Program-made: the position numbers and the translations under genes | The notes under the pieces: generated by a model | Databases searched by the model: none | What the model saw: the letters and a program-made list of their open reading frames with translations, nothing else | Told to the model about the DNA's origin: nothing | Shown here: piece by piece, positions 8,618 to 18,759 of the stretch | How positions within the stretch are numbered: the stretch's first letter is position 1 | Layout: each line of letters opens with the position of its first letter | Assembly: GCA_964354195.1 (NCBI GenBank) | Contig: CAYGYN010000076.1 | Span: 1 to 42,114 of the forward strand | From: Candidatus Woesearchaeota archaeon | GTDB lineage: Archaea > Nanobdellota > Nanobdellia > Pacearchaeales > GW2011-AR1 | Length of the DNA stretch: 42,114 bases | Direction: 5' to 3'

Positions 8618-9712
8618 ATGAGATTAGCAATAGTTCTTGGAACACGCCCTGAGATAATCAAGATGAGCCCGATTATCAGGGAGTGCGAAGCCCGCAAGAT
8701 AGATTATTTTATTCTTCATACTGGACAGCATTATTCCAAGGAGCTTGATGAAGATGTCTTCAGGGATTTGGAATTGGCTGTGCCAAAATATAATCTTGGG
8801 GTTGGGGGGCAGCCTTACAGGAAGCAGGTTGGAATTATGGTAAAGGAAATCACTGAGATTCTCAAGCAAGAGAAGCCTGATGTTGTTATAGTCCAGGGAG
8901 ATACAATATCTGTGCTTGCAGGGGCACTTGCAGCAAGCAAGCTTAATATAAAAGTAGCTCATCATGAGGCTGGATTAAGAAGCCATGACACAGGAATGCT
9001 TGAAGAAATCAATAGAGTTATTGTTGACCATATATCCGAACACTTGTTTGTGCCCACGCCTGATTCTTTGAAGAACCTGCACCAAGAAGGCATGCGTCCT
9101 GAAAAGATAATCTTTACAGGCAACACTATTGTTGACGCTGTCCTGCAAAATCTTGAGCTTGCAGATAAGAAAAGTAATATATTACAGAAATTGAATTTGG
9201 GCGAGAAAGGCTATATCTTTGTTACTGCGCACAGGGCAGAGAATGTCGACAAGAAAGAAAGATTAGAGGGAATTCTGCAAGGATTAGTTCTTGTAAGTGC
9301 AGAAACAAAGTTACCGATTATATTTCCACTTCATCCCAGAACTAAAAATAAGATGAATGAATTTGGGATTAAGACTCCAGAGGGAGTAATATTTATTGAG
9401 CCTGTGGGATTCCTGGAATGCCTGCAGCTTGAGAAAAATGCAAGAATTATTATGACTGATTCGGGCGGGATACAGGAAGAGGCATGCATCCTAAATGTGC
9501 CCTGTGTCACATTGAGAGATAGTACTGAGAGACCAGAAACTATTGAGTATGGAATAAATGTTCTTGGAGGAACAGAACCTCAGAAGATTCTTGAATCTGC
9601 GAAGCTTATGCTTGGAAGAAATGTAAAGTTAAATAAGTGGGAAAATCCATTTGGAGATGGCAAGGCTGCAAAGAGAATTGTGGATTATCTCCTGAAATTT
9701 GAAAAAGATTAA
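8618..9712 (+). CDS. wecB: UDP-N-acetylglucosamine 2-epimerase (non-hydrolysing)
   Basis: MRLAIVLGTRPEIIKMSPII, GDTISVLAGALAA, HHEAGLRS and TDSGGIQEEA are hallmark WecB/MnaA blocks. Confidence 0.9.
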   Translation: MRLAIVLGTRPEIIKMSPIIRECEARKIDYFILHTGQHYSKELDEDVFRDLELAVPKYNLGVGGQPYRKQVGIMVKEITEILKQEKPDVVIVQGDTISVLAGALAASKLNIKVAHHEAGLRSHDTGMLEEINRVIVDHISEHLFVPTPDSLKNLHQEGMRPEKIIFTGNTIVDAVLQNLELADKKSNILQKLNLGEKGYIFVTAHRAENVDKKERLEGILQGLVLVSAETKLPIIFPLHPRTKNKMNEFGIKTPEGVIFIEPVGFLECLQLEKNARIIMTDSGGIQEEACILNVPCVTLRDSTERPETIEYGINVLGGTEPQKILESAKLMLGRNVKLNKWENPFGDGKAAKRIVDYLLKFEKD

Positions 9713-9714
9713 AA

Positions 9715-10875
9715 TTAACTCTTCGCGAAATCTTCTATTGAAGATATAAACTGGTTGTATTGCTCTTTTTCAGAGAACTTGTTCATTGAATTTACGATTT
9801 GCTTTGCATTTTTTGTTTTGAACTTCTCACTCATTATCTTTTCCACATAATTCGTGAAATCATCTAGGTCATAGGGCTTGGCAAGATAGCCATTTTCTTT
9901 GGGAATTACATACTCATTTGGCCCGGCATTGTCATTCCAGGCAACTACTGGGGCGCCGCAAGCCATGGCTTCTATCGGAACTAAGCCGAAGGCTTCCTCT
10001 GGAGAGGCAAACATGAAAACCTCACAGGCAGAGTATAATTTTACAAGTTCTTTTTGATCGACAAGCCCGATAAGCTTAATTCTGTCTTGAACTTTGAATT
10101 TTTTGGCTGTTTCAATCAGGGTTTTCTTATATTCATCAGCAATTCCGCCAGCGACGATTAAATCAAGCTTTTTGTCCTTCAGCTTGGCAAAAACTTCTAT
10201 AAGCCATGCTGTTTTCTTGTCAGGGACTATTCTTCCTGCTGTCAAGACAAACTTGCCTTTAAGATTGAACTTTTCTAATGTTTCTTTGACGTCTTTTGTG
10301 GGCTGGAATACGGTGTTTAGTGGAGGATAGGAGATTATTGAATCTGTGTTGTATCTCTGCTTTATTTCTCTTCTCGTAAAGTCACTATTTGCAATTACAA
10401 GCTTGTTTTTAATCCATTTCTTGTCAAGAATCTTCAGAAAAGGAGCAAGGAAGAGGCTTGCAAAGAAAGTAACCTTGCGCTTGCCATCATTTGCCCATTC
10501 CCATCTCTTCTTAATTGGAAAATAGATGAATTCCATTGGAAGATAATAGAATGCTTTCTTGCATTTTAGCTTTCTGGATGTGAAAATTGAAGGGAAAGAG
10601 TAAGCAATTACCAAATCAGGCTTGTAAGATTTAAGATTATTGAAGCCCATTAGGGCGGAAAACATCTTGAAAGATTCGCCTCCACTCTTTATTGTTGCTA
10701 TCTCCTTTATATCTTGTCCTTGGAGGAAGGCATATTCTTTTGCTTTTGGGCTAACAAAATTGAATAACAAGACAACATCGTGCCCGGCTTGCTTTAGCCA
10801 GCGGGCATGGGTGGCTATGACTCTCTCTACACCGCCTATTTCGCTCAGATAGTCATATAACAGGATTATTTTCAT
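9715..10875 (-). CDS. glycosyltransferase family 4
   Basis: MKIILLYDYLSEIGGVERV at the N-terminus and EEAFGLVPIEAMACGAPVVA (E-x7-E) at the C-terminus. Confidence 0.85.
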   Translation of the reverse strand: MKIILLYDYLSEIGGVERVIATHARWLKQAGHDVVLLFNFVSPKAKEYAFLQGQDIKEIATIKSGGESFKMFSALMGFNNLKSYKPDLVIAYSFPSIFTSRKLKCKKAFYYLPMEFIYFPIKKRWEWANDGKRKVTFFASLFLAPFLKILDKKWIKNKLVIANSDFTRREIKQRYNTDSIISYPPLNTVFQPTKDVKETLEKFNLKGKFVLTAGRIVPDKKTAWLIEVFAKLKDKKLDLIVAGGIADEYKKTLIETAKKFKVQDRIKLIGLVDQKELVKLYSACEVFMFASPEEAFGLVPIEAMACGAPVVAWNDNAGPNEYVIPKENGYLAKPYDLDDFTNYVEKIMSEKFKTKNAKQIVNSMNKFSEKEQYNQFISSIEDFAKS

Positions 10876-10877
10876 TT

Positions 10878-11846
10878 TTATCTCTCTGCTCGCATTTTCC
10901 AGCCTTCTTTTGTGCTGGTTTTCTTAAATTTAGACTTGATTTTGCTTATAAAAGTTGCTATTGTTGTTAGGAATATCCAATATGACACCATCAACCCTGC
11001 TTTAATTCCATATTTCCATGAATTCTTGAAAATATAAAATACAGAAGAGAAGTAATAGTTCTTCGGAAGAGGCATTTTTGTCTCCTTTAACTGCTCTCTT
11101 GCTATGCTTGTTCTCATTTTAAGCTTGAATAAATCTTTAATTGAGATTTTATCATAAACAGGAACAAATCTTGGAGCATCCTCGTTTTGTGAGATAACAA
11201 TTTGGTAGCCAGAATCCATTATATCCCGCGTTCTCTCAAAATCATCCCCGAGAGAGAGGTTTGGCTTGTAGAGAGTTCTTCGAAATATATTTGTAAGAAA
11301 CATTGTTGGCTCATTTAGATGGAGGAGATTGCCTTCTTTTCTTGTGAATGTCTTTTTCTGATATTCATACCATAATTGAGAGGAATAGGCAACCATTTTA
11401 AAACCGAGGTTTGATGATTTCATCTTGCTTTTTTCAAATTCAAGAGCATTATTCTCAGATATTCCGCCAATCTTCTTATTTTGGAAGATAGAAATAAACT
11501 CTCTAAGAGATTGTTTGTCTTTCACCTGGAAAATCCAATCAGCGTCGTTAATTATAACTATATCTCCTGTTGCCTGCTCGATTATTGTGTTTATGACTGC
11601 TGGCTTGCCCTGCCTTAGGTTTAGATTGAAGTGCTTGAATCTCTTTGATTTCATTTCAAATGATTTAACTATTTTCTCTGTACCATCTGTGCAGCCGTCC
11701 AAGCCAATTATGACTTCATAATTATCATAAGGCAGATTTGCAAGATTCTCCAATGTCTGGAATATGATTTTTTCTTCATTGTGGGCTGCAATAAGAAAAC
11801 TTATTTTCAATTCTTTATTCCCTGAGGTTTTTGCTTGTCTTTTCAT
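10878..11846 (-). CDS. glycosyltransferase family 2 with C-terminal membrane segments
   Basis: ISFLIAAHNEEKII, GLDGCTDGT and the INDAD (DxD) motif, with a hydrophobic C-terminus. Confidence 0.8.
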   Translation of the reverse strand: MKRQAKTSGNKELKISFLIAAHNEEKIIFQTLENLANLPYDNYEVIIGLDGCTDGTEKIVKSFEMKSKRFKHFNLNLRQGKPAVINTIIEQATGDIVIINDADWIFQVKDKQSLREFISIFQNKKIGGISENNALEFEKSKMKSSNLGFKMVAYSSQLWYEYQKKTFTRKEGNLLHLNEPTMFLTNIFRRTLYKPNLSLGDDFERTRDIMDSGYQIVISQNEDAPRFVPVYDKISIKDLFKLKMRTSIAREQLKETKMPLPKNYYFSSVFYIFKNSWKYGIKAGLMVSYWIFLTTIATFISKIKSKFKKTSTKEGWKMRAER

Positions 11847-11852
11847 TTTGTT

Positions 11853-12641
11853 TTACCTGAATTTATTGTGGATTTTCATCCAAGCAGGCATTTTATCATA
11901 TAATCCAACTACTTTCTTGAATGGAGAATTTAACAATCTTAGTCTCAGCATCGATAGAGCCATGAAAGGGCCTGAACGCAGGAAGTTTATTTTTGAATAC
12001 TCCTTGTCACTCCATCTTGTAGGTATTTCGGTAATCTTAAAATTATGCTTCCTGAGATTGTAAAGCAAATCAACATCAAATGCCCATTTTGTTACAAGAA
12101 GGGAGTCCACAATTTTCTTGAGGGCATATTTCTTGAATATCTTGGCTCCGCATTGCGTATCCCTATAAGGAAAGAGGAATAGAATTCTAATCCAGAGGTT
12201 AAATATCCTTGATGCAATGATTCTCTGCAGTGTTGGTTTCGGCTCGACTGCAGATTTTTTATGATAGCGGCTTGCAATAACCCCATCATAGTGTTTTATC
12301 TGAGAAGCAAGCCTGAAGAATTCTTTTGGCAGGGTGGACATGTCTGCATCTACAAAACCAACCAAATCAGAATTTTCCTTTAATTCATGCTTGAAACCCT
12401 GAATTATTGCATGCCCTTTGCCTCCTTCCTTAAGATTAAGATAGGTTATTCTCTTATTCTTTTTCCTGAAGGATTTGACAATCTTCCCAGTATTATCTGT
12501 TGTGCCATTTATAACCACAAGCAGCCTATAATCCAGCAATTTCTTCTTCCTTAATGCCTCAAACTCTTTTGAGTATTCCTTGAGTGTTTTACCTATGCGC
12601 TTCTCTTCGTTATAGGCAGGGATTATTATTGAGAGTTTCAT
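11853..12641 (-). CDS. GT2 dolichyl-phosphate hexose synthase-like enzyme (Alg5/AglD/Dpm1-like)
   Basis: MKLSIIIPAYNEEKRIGKTL, VVINGTTDNT, FVDADMS and TQCGAKIF are typical of Dol-P-Glc/Man synthases. Confidence 0.65.
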   Translation of the reverse strand: MKLSIIIPAYNEEKRIGKTLKEYSKEFEALRKKKLLDYRLLVVINGTTDNTGKIVKSFRKKNKRITYLNLKEGGKGHAIIQGFKHELKENSDLVGFVDADMSTLPKEFFRLASQIKHYDGVIASRYHKKSAVEPKPTLQRIIASRIFNLWIRILFLFPYRDTQCGAKIFKKYALKKIVDSLLVTKWAFDVDLLYNLRKHNFKITEIPTRWSDKEYSKINFLRSGPFMALSMLRLRLLNSPFKKVVGLYDKMPAWMKIHNKFR

Positions 12642-12682
12642 CTTATTTTTGCTGTTTTATAGTATTTTAATTATTTCTATAG

Positions 12683-13882
12683 TTACCTATCAAGGAGGAA
12701 TATAGAACCCCATAAAAAGATTGCGCTTGCAGTTATAAGGGCTATGGAGTATTCTATCATATTGGATGAAAAGAAGAACAAAAGGAAAATTTCTATTGCA
12801 GGAAATAAGAGGAAGATGAGATAGTTCTTAGTCTTGCCAATAGAGAGCTTATACAATAGGACAAGGTTTGTTATCGAGAGAAGGCTCATTGCTATCCCAA
12901 GATAAATAAGGATGTTCTGGGATTCAATGATTGTTCTTCCGGCATAGATGGTTATTAGCAGATTCGGGAAGAAATAAATCACCAAAAGAGCTATTAAGAT
13001 GCATGCGAGGATTATGCCCATTGCATTAAACAAGAGATGATGCTCGTTTGCCTGCTCTTTTTCTGCCGCTATTGGGAAAAGAGCCTTGCTTATTGGCTGA
13101 GTGCCCATAAATATGACTTTTGAGAGCATTGAAGCAATTGCATAATAGCCTGCTGTTGTTGCATCAAAGACAATTCTTGCAATTATTATGTCAATGCTGA
13201 AAAATACCATAATTGCAAATAAAATAGCAAAAACAGGCCATGAATAACTGTAAAATTCAGGGATTTTCATTGGCTTTTCTTTTAACTTTAGGATATCTCT
13301 CAGAGCCCAGAGAGAAAGCAAGAAAGCAATAACAAAGCCCACAATTGTTGCAAACATAGCGCCATAGACTTTCCAACCAAGGAAGACAAGCAATATTGCA
13401 AGCCCAAGCTTAACTATGGCTTCAATAACAAGATTTGTTCCTAGAGCTCGGAAGAGTTTCTTGCCTTGCAGGACTCCCCGGGTTATTGGGGGAAGGAATG
13501 CTGCAAATGTCATCAAGCCCGCGGATGAGACAAGAAGATAAGGAATTCTAAGCAAGAATGAAAGAGGTATGGCGGCGAAAATATAGACAATGAATATTAA
13601 TGAGGATATTGTCAATGCTTTTCTAAGTGAGAGCTTTAACAAGTCCTTAACTTTTTCTTTGGATTTTTCTGTGGCAGAATATTTTGCAATTATTGTCATC
13701 AAAGACTCGGAGAATATGCCTGAAAGATAAATGAATGAGAACAAAGTCGCTAAAACCCCATAATCTGCAGTAGTCAGCATTCTTGCCATTGCGAACTGGA
13801 AGAGGAAATTTATGACATTGAAGAGATTAAAAGTTATCAATAAAATTAGACTTCCGCCAATCAATGCCTTATTGAATTTCAT
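12683..13882 (-). CDS. oligosaccharide/polysaccharide flippase (Wzx/AglR-like, MOP superfamily)
   Basis: Polytopic membrane protein. The N-terminal FQFAMARMLTTADYGVL matches the 'polysaccharide biosynthesis protein' signature. It sits between AglH and the GT2 genes. Confidence 0.65.
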   Translation of the reverse strand: MKFNKALIGGSLILLITFNLFNVINFLFQFAMARMLTTADYGVLATLFSFIYLSGIFSESLMTIIAKYSATEKSKEKVKDLLKLSLRKALTISSLIFIVYIFAAIPLSFLLRIPYLLVSSAGLMTFAAFLPPITRGVLQGKKLFRALGTNLVIEAIVKLGLAILLVFLGWKVYGAMFATIVGFVIAFLLSLWALRDILKLKEKPMKIPEFYSYSWPVFAILFAIMVFFSIDIIIARIVFDATTAGYYAIASMLSKVIFMGTQPISKALFPIAAEKEQANEHHLLFNAMGIILACILIALLVIYFFPNLLITIYAGRTIIESQNILIYLGIAMSLLSITNLVLLYKLSIGKTKNYLIFLLFPAIEIFLLFFFSSNMIEYSIALITASAIFLWGSIFLLDR

Positions 13883-13883
13883 T

Positions 13884-14897
13884 TTAATGGAAAATTCCTT
13901 CTCTGAATATTATGAAGCCAATTGCAATTATTATTGCCTGAAATGCCCAAATCAGATAGACAACGCGCTTTTCTGTTGGTTTTATGCTGAGTTTCTTGAG
14001 AATTAGAATTGAGAGATGCGTCAAGCCATAAACTTTATCGTATAATAAGCCAAGTGAGCCGTCTTTCTGGGGCTTGCCAAATGAATATTTCACAAGCTTT
14101 CCGCGGGCTTTAAGAAAAACCTCAATAATGAATGGTATAAAAAAGAAAACAGCAATTTTTTCAAAGTTGCCGAGGATTGCTATTATTGCAATCATTGAGC
14201 CTATAGCATATGTCAGGACATCTCCTGGGAAAACTTTTGCGGGGGTGAAATTATAGAACAGGAATGCAAGAAGAGCAACAACCATACATAAGCCAATTAT
14301 TGCCAACCAGGAGTTTCCTGTTAAAAATGCAACTAGAGAGAGTGCGGAGAGAATTATTGCACCCATGCCTGCTTCCAAGCCATTAAAGCCTGCAAGGAAA
14401 TTGAAAGTTGTTGTTGCGCCGACAATGCCTAACGGAATCAATATTAATGGATAGAACAAACCAAAATCAAAACTGCCTATGCCTGGAAGAGACATTGTAT
14501 GCCTTCCTGCATTTATAGCCATGAGAGGTATAGAAGCAATTATCATCATAACAAGCCTTGTTCTTTTTGACACGCCCCCATGCTGCCAGCCAAGCAAATC
14601 ATCAATGAAACCAATGCCTCCTGCCAAGAGAACTACAGAAGAGAGAGAGATTATCTCAATAAGATGCGAGTTATCTTGAAGGACAAATGTTCTATAGGCC
14701 ACAAAGATGAACAAGGAGATGATAAATGCTGTTAGGACAACAATACCTCCTGAGCCTGCCACTTTTTCATTAGTTCGCTTATTCATGTCTTTCCACATTA
14801 AGCCTATCTGTTTTGCCTTCTTTATCCAGAGAGGCATGAAGAGCAAGACTATGAAAAAGCTTGCCAAAACCGGAATTGTTAATGTTAAGTCTGTCAT
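13884..14897 (-). CDS. aglH: UDP-GlcNAc:dolichyl-phosphate GlcNAc-1-phosphate transferase (MraY/WecA/Alg7 superfamily)
   Basis: Polytopic membrane protein with GFIDDLLG (DD motif) and NFLAGFNGLEAGMG (the NxxNxxDGxxGL-type motif). It has an ATGA overlap with aglB. Confidence 0.8.
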   Translation of the reverse strand: MTDLTLTIPVLASFFIVLLFMPLWIKKAKQIGLMWKDMNKRTNEKVAGSGGIVVLTAFIISLFIFVAYRTFVLQDNSHLIEIISLSSVVLLAGGIGFIDDLLGWQHGGVSKRTRLVMMIIASIPLMAINAGRHTMSLPGIGSFDFGLFYPLILIPLGIVGATTTFNFLAGFNGLEAGMGAIILSALSLVAFLTGNSWLAIIGLCMVVALLAFLFYNFTPAKVFPGDVLTYAIGSMIAIIAILGNFEKIAVFFFIPFIIEVFLKARGKLVKYSFGKPQKDGSLGLLYDKVYGLTHLSILILKKLSIKPTEKRVVYLIWAFQAIIIAIGFIIFREGIFH

Positions 14898-17776
14898 TGT
14901 CCTGCTATAGATAACTTGGGATCAGGATAAGGAATCTGAAGGTATTGGGGATTTGCCGTGATATTTTTAGGATAATTTATCTCCCAGATTCTTATCGGAC
15001 CCCTAAAACCACTATAATAAACAAAATCAGATTTTGTGACATTGTTCTCTTTCAGTTGTGCAACTACAAAATCATCCTCACTATGAACAAGCTTGAAATA
15101 ACTGTCATTCTCATTATATAAGTATAATCTTGCAAGCTGGGCTCTAACAGTTCTGTCTGAGAGATACATCAAAACCCCATCTTTATCTATTGAAATGCCG
15201 CCGCTCTGAGTCTGCCCAACATAAGGCATCAAGAATATGCCTACCTCCAAGCCAGAGCCAAAGTCTTTGAATTTCTGAGCCTCTGCATCGTAAGCATACC
15301 TCAAAGGCAGCCTGACTTGCTTGCCCTGATTGATGAAGACACCGATAGGATTTGTTGTCATATCTCCTGATTCATTTCTCTCGATAATTATTCCTATAAT
15401 TCCAGATTGCCCTTCCTTAGGTATGAATACTTTTGTGCCATTATTGTTATAGATAATATCGCCGTCAAGAGGGAATCCTCCTGAATAAACAAAGATAGTT
15501 AAATTCTTTGTTTCCTGTGTTTGCTTTGTGTCTTTCACGAAAGTGTTGAACCAGCTGAACCTGTCATAATTCTCATCAGAACCTATTGAAGAGAATGCAG
15601 AATACTTCCCTATATCTGTTGAATCTATCAGGAAGTGGGTTGTATTGTGCGTATATAAGAACTCAAGAGCCTCTGCATCGTTTGTGCCTGTCAGCGCATA
15701 TCTTCCCATGAGATGGTCCCAATAAGGTATTGAGTTTCCTCCATCAAGAACAGTTGCTCTTTCCCCTATTGATTGCAGCCAATAACCATAATCCCACCAA
15801 TGCCCAAAAACAGCATTTTCTGGAGTCGAGGTTCTTACCCAAGCCATTGCTTTCTGCCATTGCTGATTGTATGCTGAAGGAGCATAGCCTCTGGCTGTTG
15901 ATTCTGCTCCAAGATAGAATTGGTATCCTGCAAAAACCGTTGAGAGCAAAACGAGAATAACCAAACTCCATGCGATTACCTTTATAGTACCATCTTTTAC
16001 CTTCTTGACATCTGATAGTGAGGAAACAACAAAATAACCAATTATAATTGATGCTGGAGGAACTAACATCATTGTCAATCTTACAGCGCCCCTGGCTGCT
16101 ACAATGCATAGGAAGAAGAATGAGAATATCATCAAGAGCCCAAACTCTATCTCATTTAACTTATCAAGTTCGCCTGCTTTATTGTATTTGTGATAATAAT
16201 ATCCGAAACTACCCAATAATGCAATAAATCCAAGCCCGTAAACAAACAAGCTCTGCATATTTGTGCCGTTCATTGCACTATCGGGGGAATACCTGCTAAA
16301 GATTATGCAAATCAGGAAGAGCAGATAACCAAGAGTTACTATTATCCTCTCTTTCTTTTGGAAGACTCTGGACATCTTCCAGAATAGATAGACAGAACCT
16401 ATGAAGAAGAGCCAGAATGTTAGTGGAATGTTCCCGATTGTTGGTCCGAAACTTGATGCCCATTCACTGAAATATGGCTGTTTATTCTCCGCAACAGTAA
16501 CTCCAAGCCTGTCTGTAATTGGCGTGATAAGGTGCCCTTTTATATCCTCAGCTGCTCCCAAGAGAAAATGAGGTCCAAATAACAAAGTGACCGCTATGGT
16601 GCCAAGAAGAATTGCAACAATAATAGAAACAACAGGCTCAGGCAGCTTCTTTATTTTTTCATGCTCAAAATACCTCTTTAGGCTTGTCTTGAAAATCAAG
16701 AGATGGACGATTAATATGCCAAGAACTGCGAAAGAGATTGCTGTTGAAGGAGATTCCATCCAGCCAATCAGGGAATATCTTTGGGTGAAAGGCATAGTGA
16801 AAATAATTGCTGAAGCAAGCCAGAGAGCATATGTATAAACCTTGTTCAAGTCTGTCTGGTTAAGAAGGAATGCTAAGAATACTGCCAAGCCTATTGTTAT
16901 GAATATAAAAATATAACCTCCCCAGACAAGAGCCATGAGCGCTGTTGCAGCGCCTGCCAAAATGCCAAAGATTACTCTTGAATATAATTTCTCAGACTTC
17001 CATGAGCAGAGGAAGAAATAGAATGCAATGAACAAGAAAACAAAGCCAGTTGATTCTTTTTCAGGGATTCCGGCTATTGTTCTTGGAATGAATGCAGGTA
17101 TTACTGAAAGGAAGAACGAAGCGATAAGTGCTGCTATGCTTGCATTCTTATTTCCAAGAGATTCAATAAATATCTTCCTTACAAGAAGGAAGAATGCAAT
17201 GACTGTAAAACCAAACAGCACTGCAGGATAAATTGCTGCTGATTGCTCAACTGATGTGGAACCAAAATGAATCGCGATATTGTGGAACCAGGCAATCATA
17301 TAAGAAAGGAGATTAAGCTCGTGGGAGGTATCAAAGCCAAGAGGAACATATCTCATTGCATCGTGCACTATCAAAGTCCCATGGGCGACTATATATTTAG
17401 CCCAGCGCAGGAACAAGAAAGGATCTAAGTCCGGACCAAGAGTCCAGCCGCCTGTGGTTATATCTCTCAAGCCAGGAAGATTAAGGGTTCTTATGTAAAC
17501 TGCAACCCATGTCACCCAGGCGGCAAGAGGATAGAATGAAAAACTTGATTTGTTAAAATAAACTAAGAGGGCAGATAATGCAGAAAAAATGAATAGCATA
17601 AACCAGATTCCCGGGCTGAAGAAGCTGATTAGAGGGCCAACACCTATCTTTACAAGCCCGCTGAAGACAATAGAAACTATTGAGATTATCAGGAAAGTTG
17701 AGAGCAACTTGTCCTGCTTAAGGAAGCTTAGGAATTTTTCTTTCCTCTCCTCAAGAATTTCGTTCTCGTTTTCCAT
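14894..17776 (-). CDS. aglB: archaeal oligosaccharyltransferase AglB (STT3 family)
   Basis: 960 aa. An N-terminal polytopic domain is followed by a soluble C-terminal domain, and the catalytic WWDYGYW motif is present. Confidence 0.92.
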   Translation of the reverse strand: MENENEILEERKEKFLSFLKQDKLLSTFLIISIVSIVFSGLVKIGVGPLISFFSPGIWFMLFIFSALSALLVYFNKSSFSFYPLAAWVTWVAVYIRTLNLPGLRDITTGGWTLGPDLDPFLFLRWAKYIVAHGTLIVHDAMRYVPLGFDTSHELNLLSYMIAWFHNIAIHFGSTSVEQSAAIYPAVLFGFTVIAFFLLVRKIFIESLGNKNASIAALIASFFLSVIPAFIPRTIAGIPEKESTGFVFLFIAFYFFLCSWKSEKLYSRVIFGILAGAATALMALVWGGYIFIFITIGLAVFLAFLLNQTDLNKVYTYALWLASAIIFTMPFTQRYSLIGWMESPSTAISFAVLGILIVHLLIFKTSLKRYFEHEKIKKLPEPVVSIIVAILLGTIAVTLLFGPHFLLGAAEDIKGHLITPITDRLGVTVAENKQPYFSEWASSFGPTIGNIPLTFWLFFIGSVYLFWKMSRVFQKKERIIVTLGYLLFLICIIFSRYSPDSAMNGTNMQSLFVYGLGFIALLGSFGYYYHKYNKAGELDKLNEIEFGLLMIFSFFFLCIVAARGAVRLTMMLVPPASIIIGYFVVSSLSDVKKVKDGTIKVIAWSLVILVLLSTVFAGYQFYLGAESTARGYAPSAYNQQWQKAMAWVRTSTPENAVFGHWWDYGYWLQSIGERATVLDGGNSIPYWDHLMGRYALTGTNDAEALEFLYTHNTTHFLIDSTDIGKYSAFSSIGSDENYDRFSWFNTFVKDTKQTQETKNLTIFVYSGGFPLDGDIIYNNNGTKVFIPKEGQSGIIGIIIERNESGDMTTNPIGVFINQGKQVRLPLRYAYDAEAQKFKDFGSGLEVGIFLMPYVGQTQSGGISIDKDGVLMYLSDRTVRAQLARLYLYNENDSYFKLVHSEDDFVVAQLKENNVTKSDFVYYSGFRGPIRIWEINYPKNITANPQYLQIPYPDPKLSIAGQ

Positions 17777-17801
17777 AACATTAAGATAAGTTGAGGTATA
17801 C

Positions 17802-17809
17802 TATTTAAA
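17802..17809 (-). promoter_or_regulatory. TATA-like box for the aglB operon
   Basis: TTTAAATA on the minus strand, centred about 29 nt upstream of the aglB ATG at 17776. Confidence 0.45.
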
Positions 17810-17819
17810 GGTTATTTAG

Positions 17820-18680
17820 CTAGAATAAAATTGGCGTAACAAAGACCTCTATAAGAGCCGCTAGGAATAATATGACTACCGCTATGATTATTAGATTAAG
17901 GGAGTCTTGGAGAACTTCCCAAAAGCGCTCTGTGCCAAGCTCATGCTTTATTACTGCTGAAGATATCAGGCCGCCTGCGAGCGCTACAACAAAATAAGCT
18001 GCAATCTCTGGAATGCCGTGAATCATGTACCTTGAGGTGCTGATAGGAAGATGTGAAAGCTCTGCTTTTGTGAATATACCCACTGCAGCTGCTATGACGC
18101 TTGCATTCCATGCAAGGATAAATATCACGCCTGCGCCGAATATTAATGAGAAAACAAGCGTAAAAATAAGCACATAAATATTATTCGAGAAGATTGTGAA
18201 TAACCTGTCACTGGAGGTTGCAAATGCTGTTGCTGCAGCTGTTGTGCCTTTCATGCCATATTGGGCGACGCATTCATTAAATGTTGAAGGGCGGTTTATC
18301 AGGCAGTATGTTTCCACTTGAGCCTTAAAGCTCTGGTTTGATGAAAGAACTACGTACCAGACAGAGAATGCAAGAACAAATCCTAAGAAAAGCCAAAGGA
18401 ATGCATAAATTGCTTTCCTGTGCTCCTTTATCAGGGCAATCATGCCCCTTTCAGGGTTTATTTTCCTTTCCTCAAGCTTGATAGTGTAATAAACAAAAGG
18501 CATAGAGAACATAACAGTAAAGGTTACAACAAGGATGCCTGAATATTTTGAGAGAACAGCATCTTGGGAAAAAATCCAGTTGACAAGGAGTATAGACAGG
18601 CTTGCATAAAACACCCCCACAAAAAACAGCTCCCATGGGTGCCTCTCGGCTTTCCTTGGGTTTAACAGCATTTCTAACAT
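17820..18680 (-). CDS. SpoIIM-like (DUF95) integral membrane protein
   Basis: The N-terminus LNPRKAERHPWELFFVGVFYASLSILL and six hydrophobic segments match my recollection of archaeal 'stage II sporulation protein M' family members. Confidence 0.5.
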   Translation of the reverse strand: MLEMLLNPRKAERHPWELFFVGVFYASLSILLVNWIFSQDAVLSKYSGILVVTFTVMFSMPFVYYTIKLEERKINPERGMIALIKEHRKAIYAFLWLFLGFVLAFSVWYVVLSSNQSFKAQVETYCLINRPSTFNECVAQYGMKGTTAAATAFATSSDRLFTIFSNNIYVLIFTLVFSLIFGAGVIFILAWNASVIAAAVGIFTKAELSHLPISTSRYMIHGIPEIAAYFVVALAGGLISSAVIKHELGTERFWEVLQDSLNLIIIAVVILFLAALIEVFVTPILF

Positions 18681-18759
18681 TTTCAGACCTTTTTGAATTC
18701 CAAGAGATTGGGAATCTTTACTTAAATAGTTTTTTATATGGCAGAATACTAAATAGTTT

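Noticed and set aside
18723-18759. Direct repeat TAAATAGTTT x2 upstream of the eIF-2B family gene.
   Set aside because: This is a 10-mer of very AT-rich composition that overlaps the expected TATA/initiator region. It is plausibly chance, and nothing else supports it.
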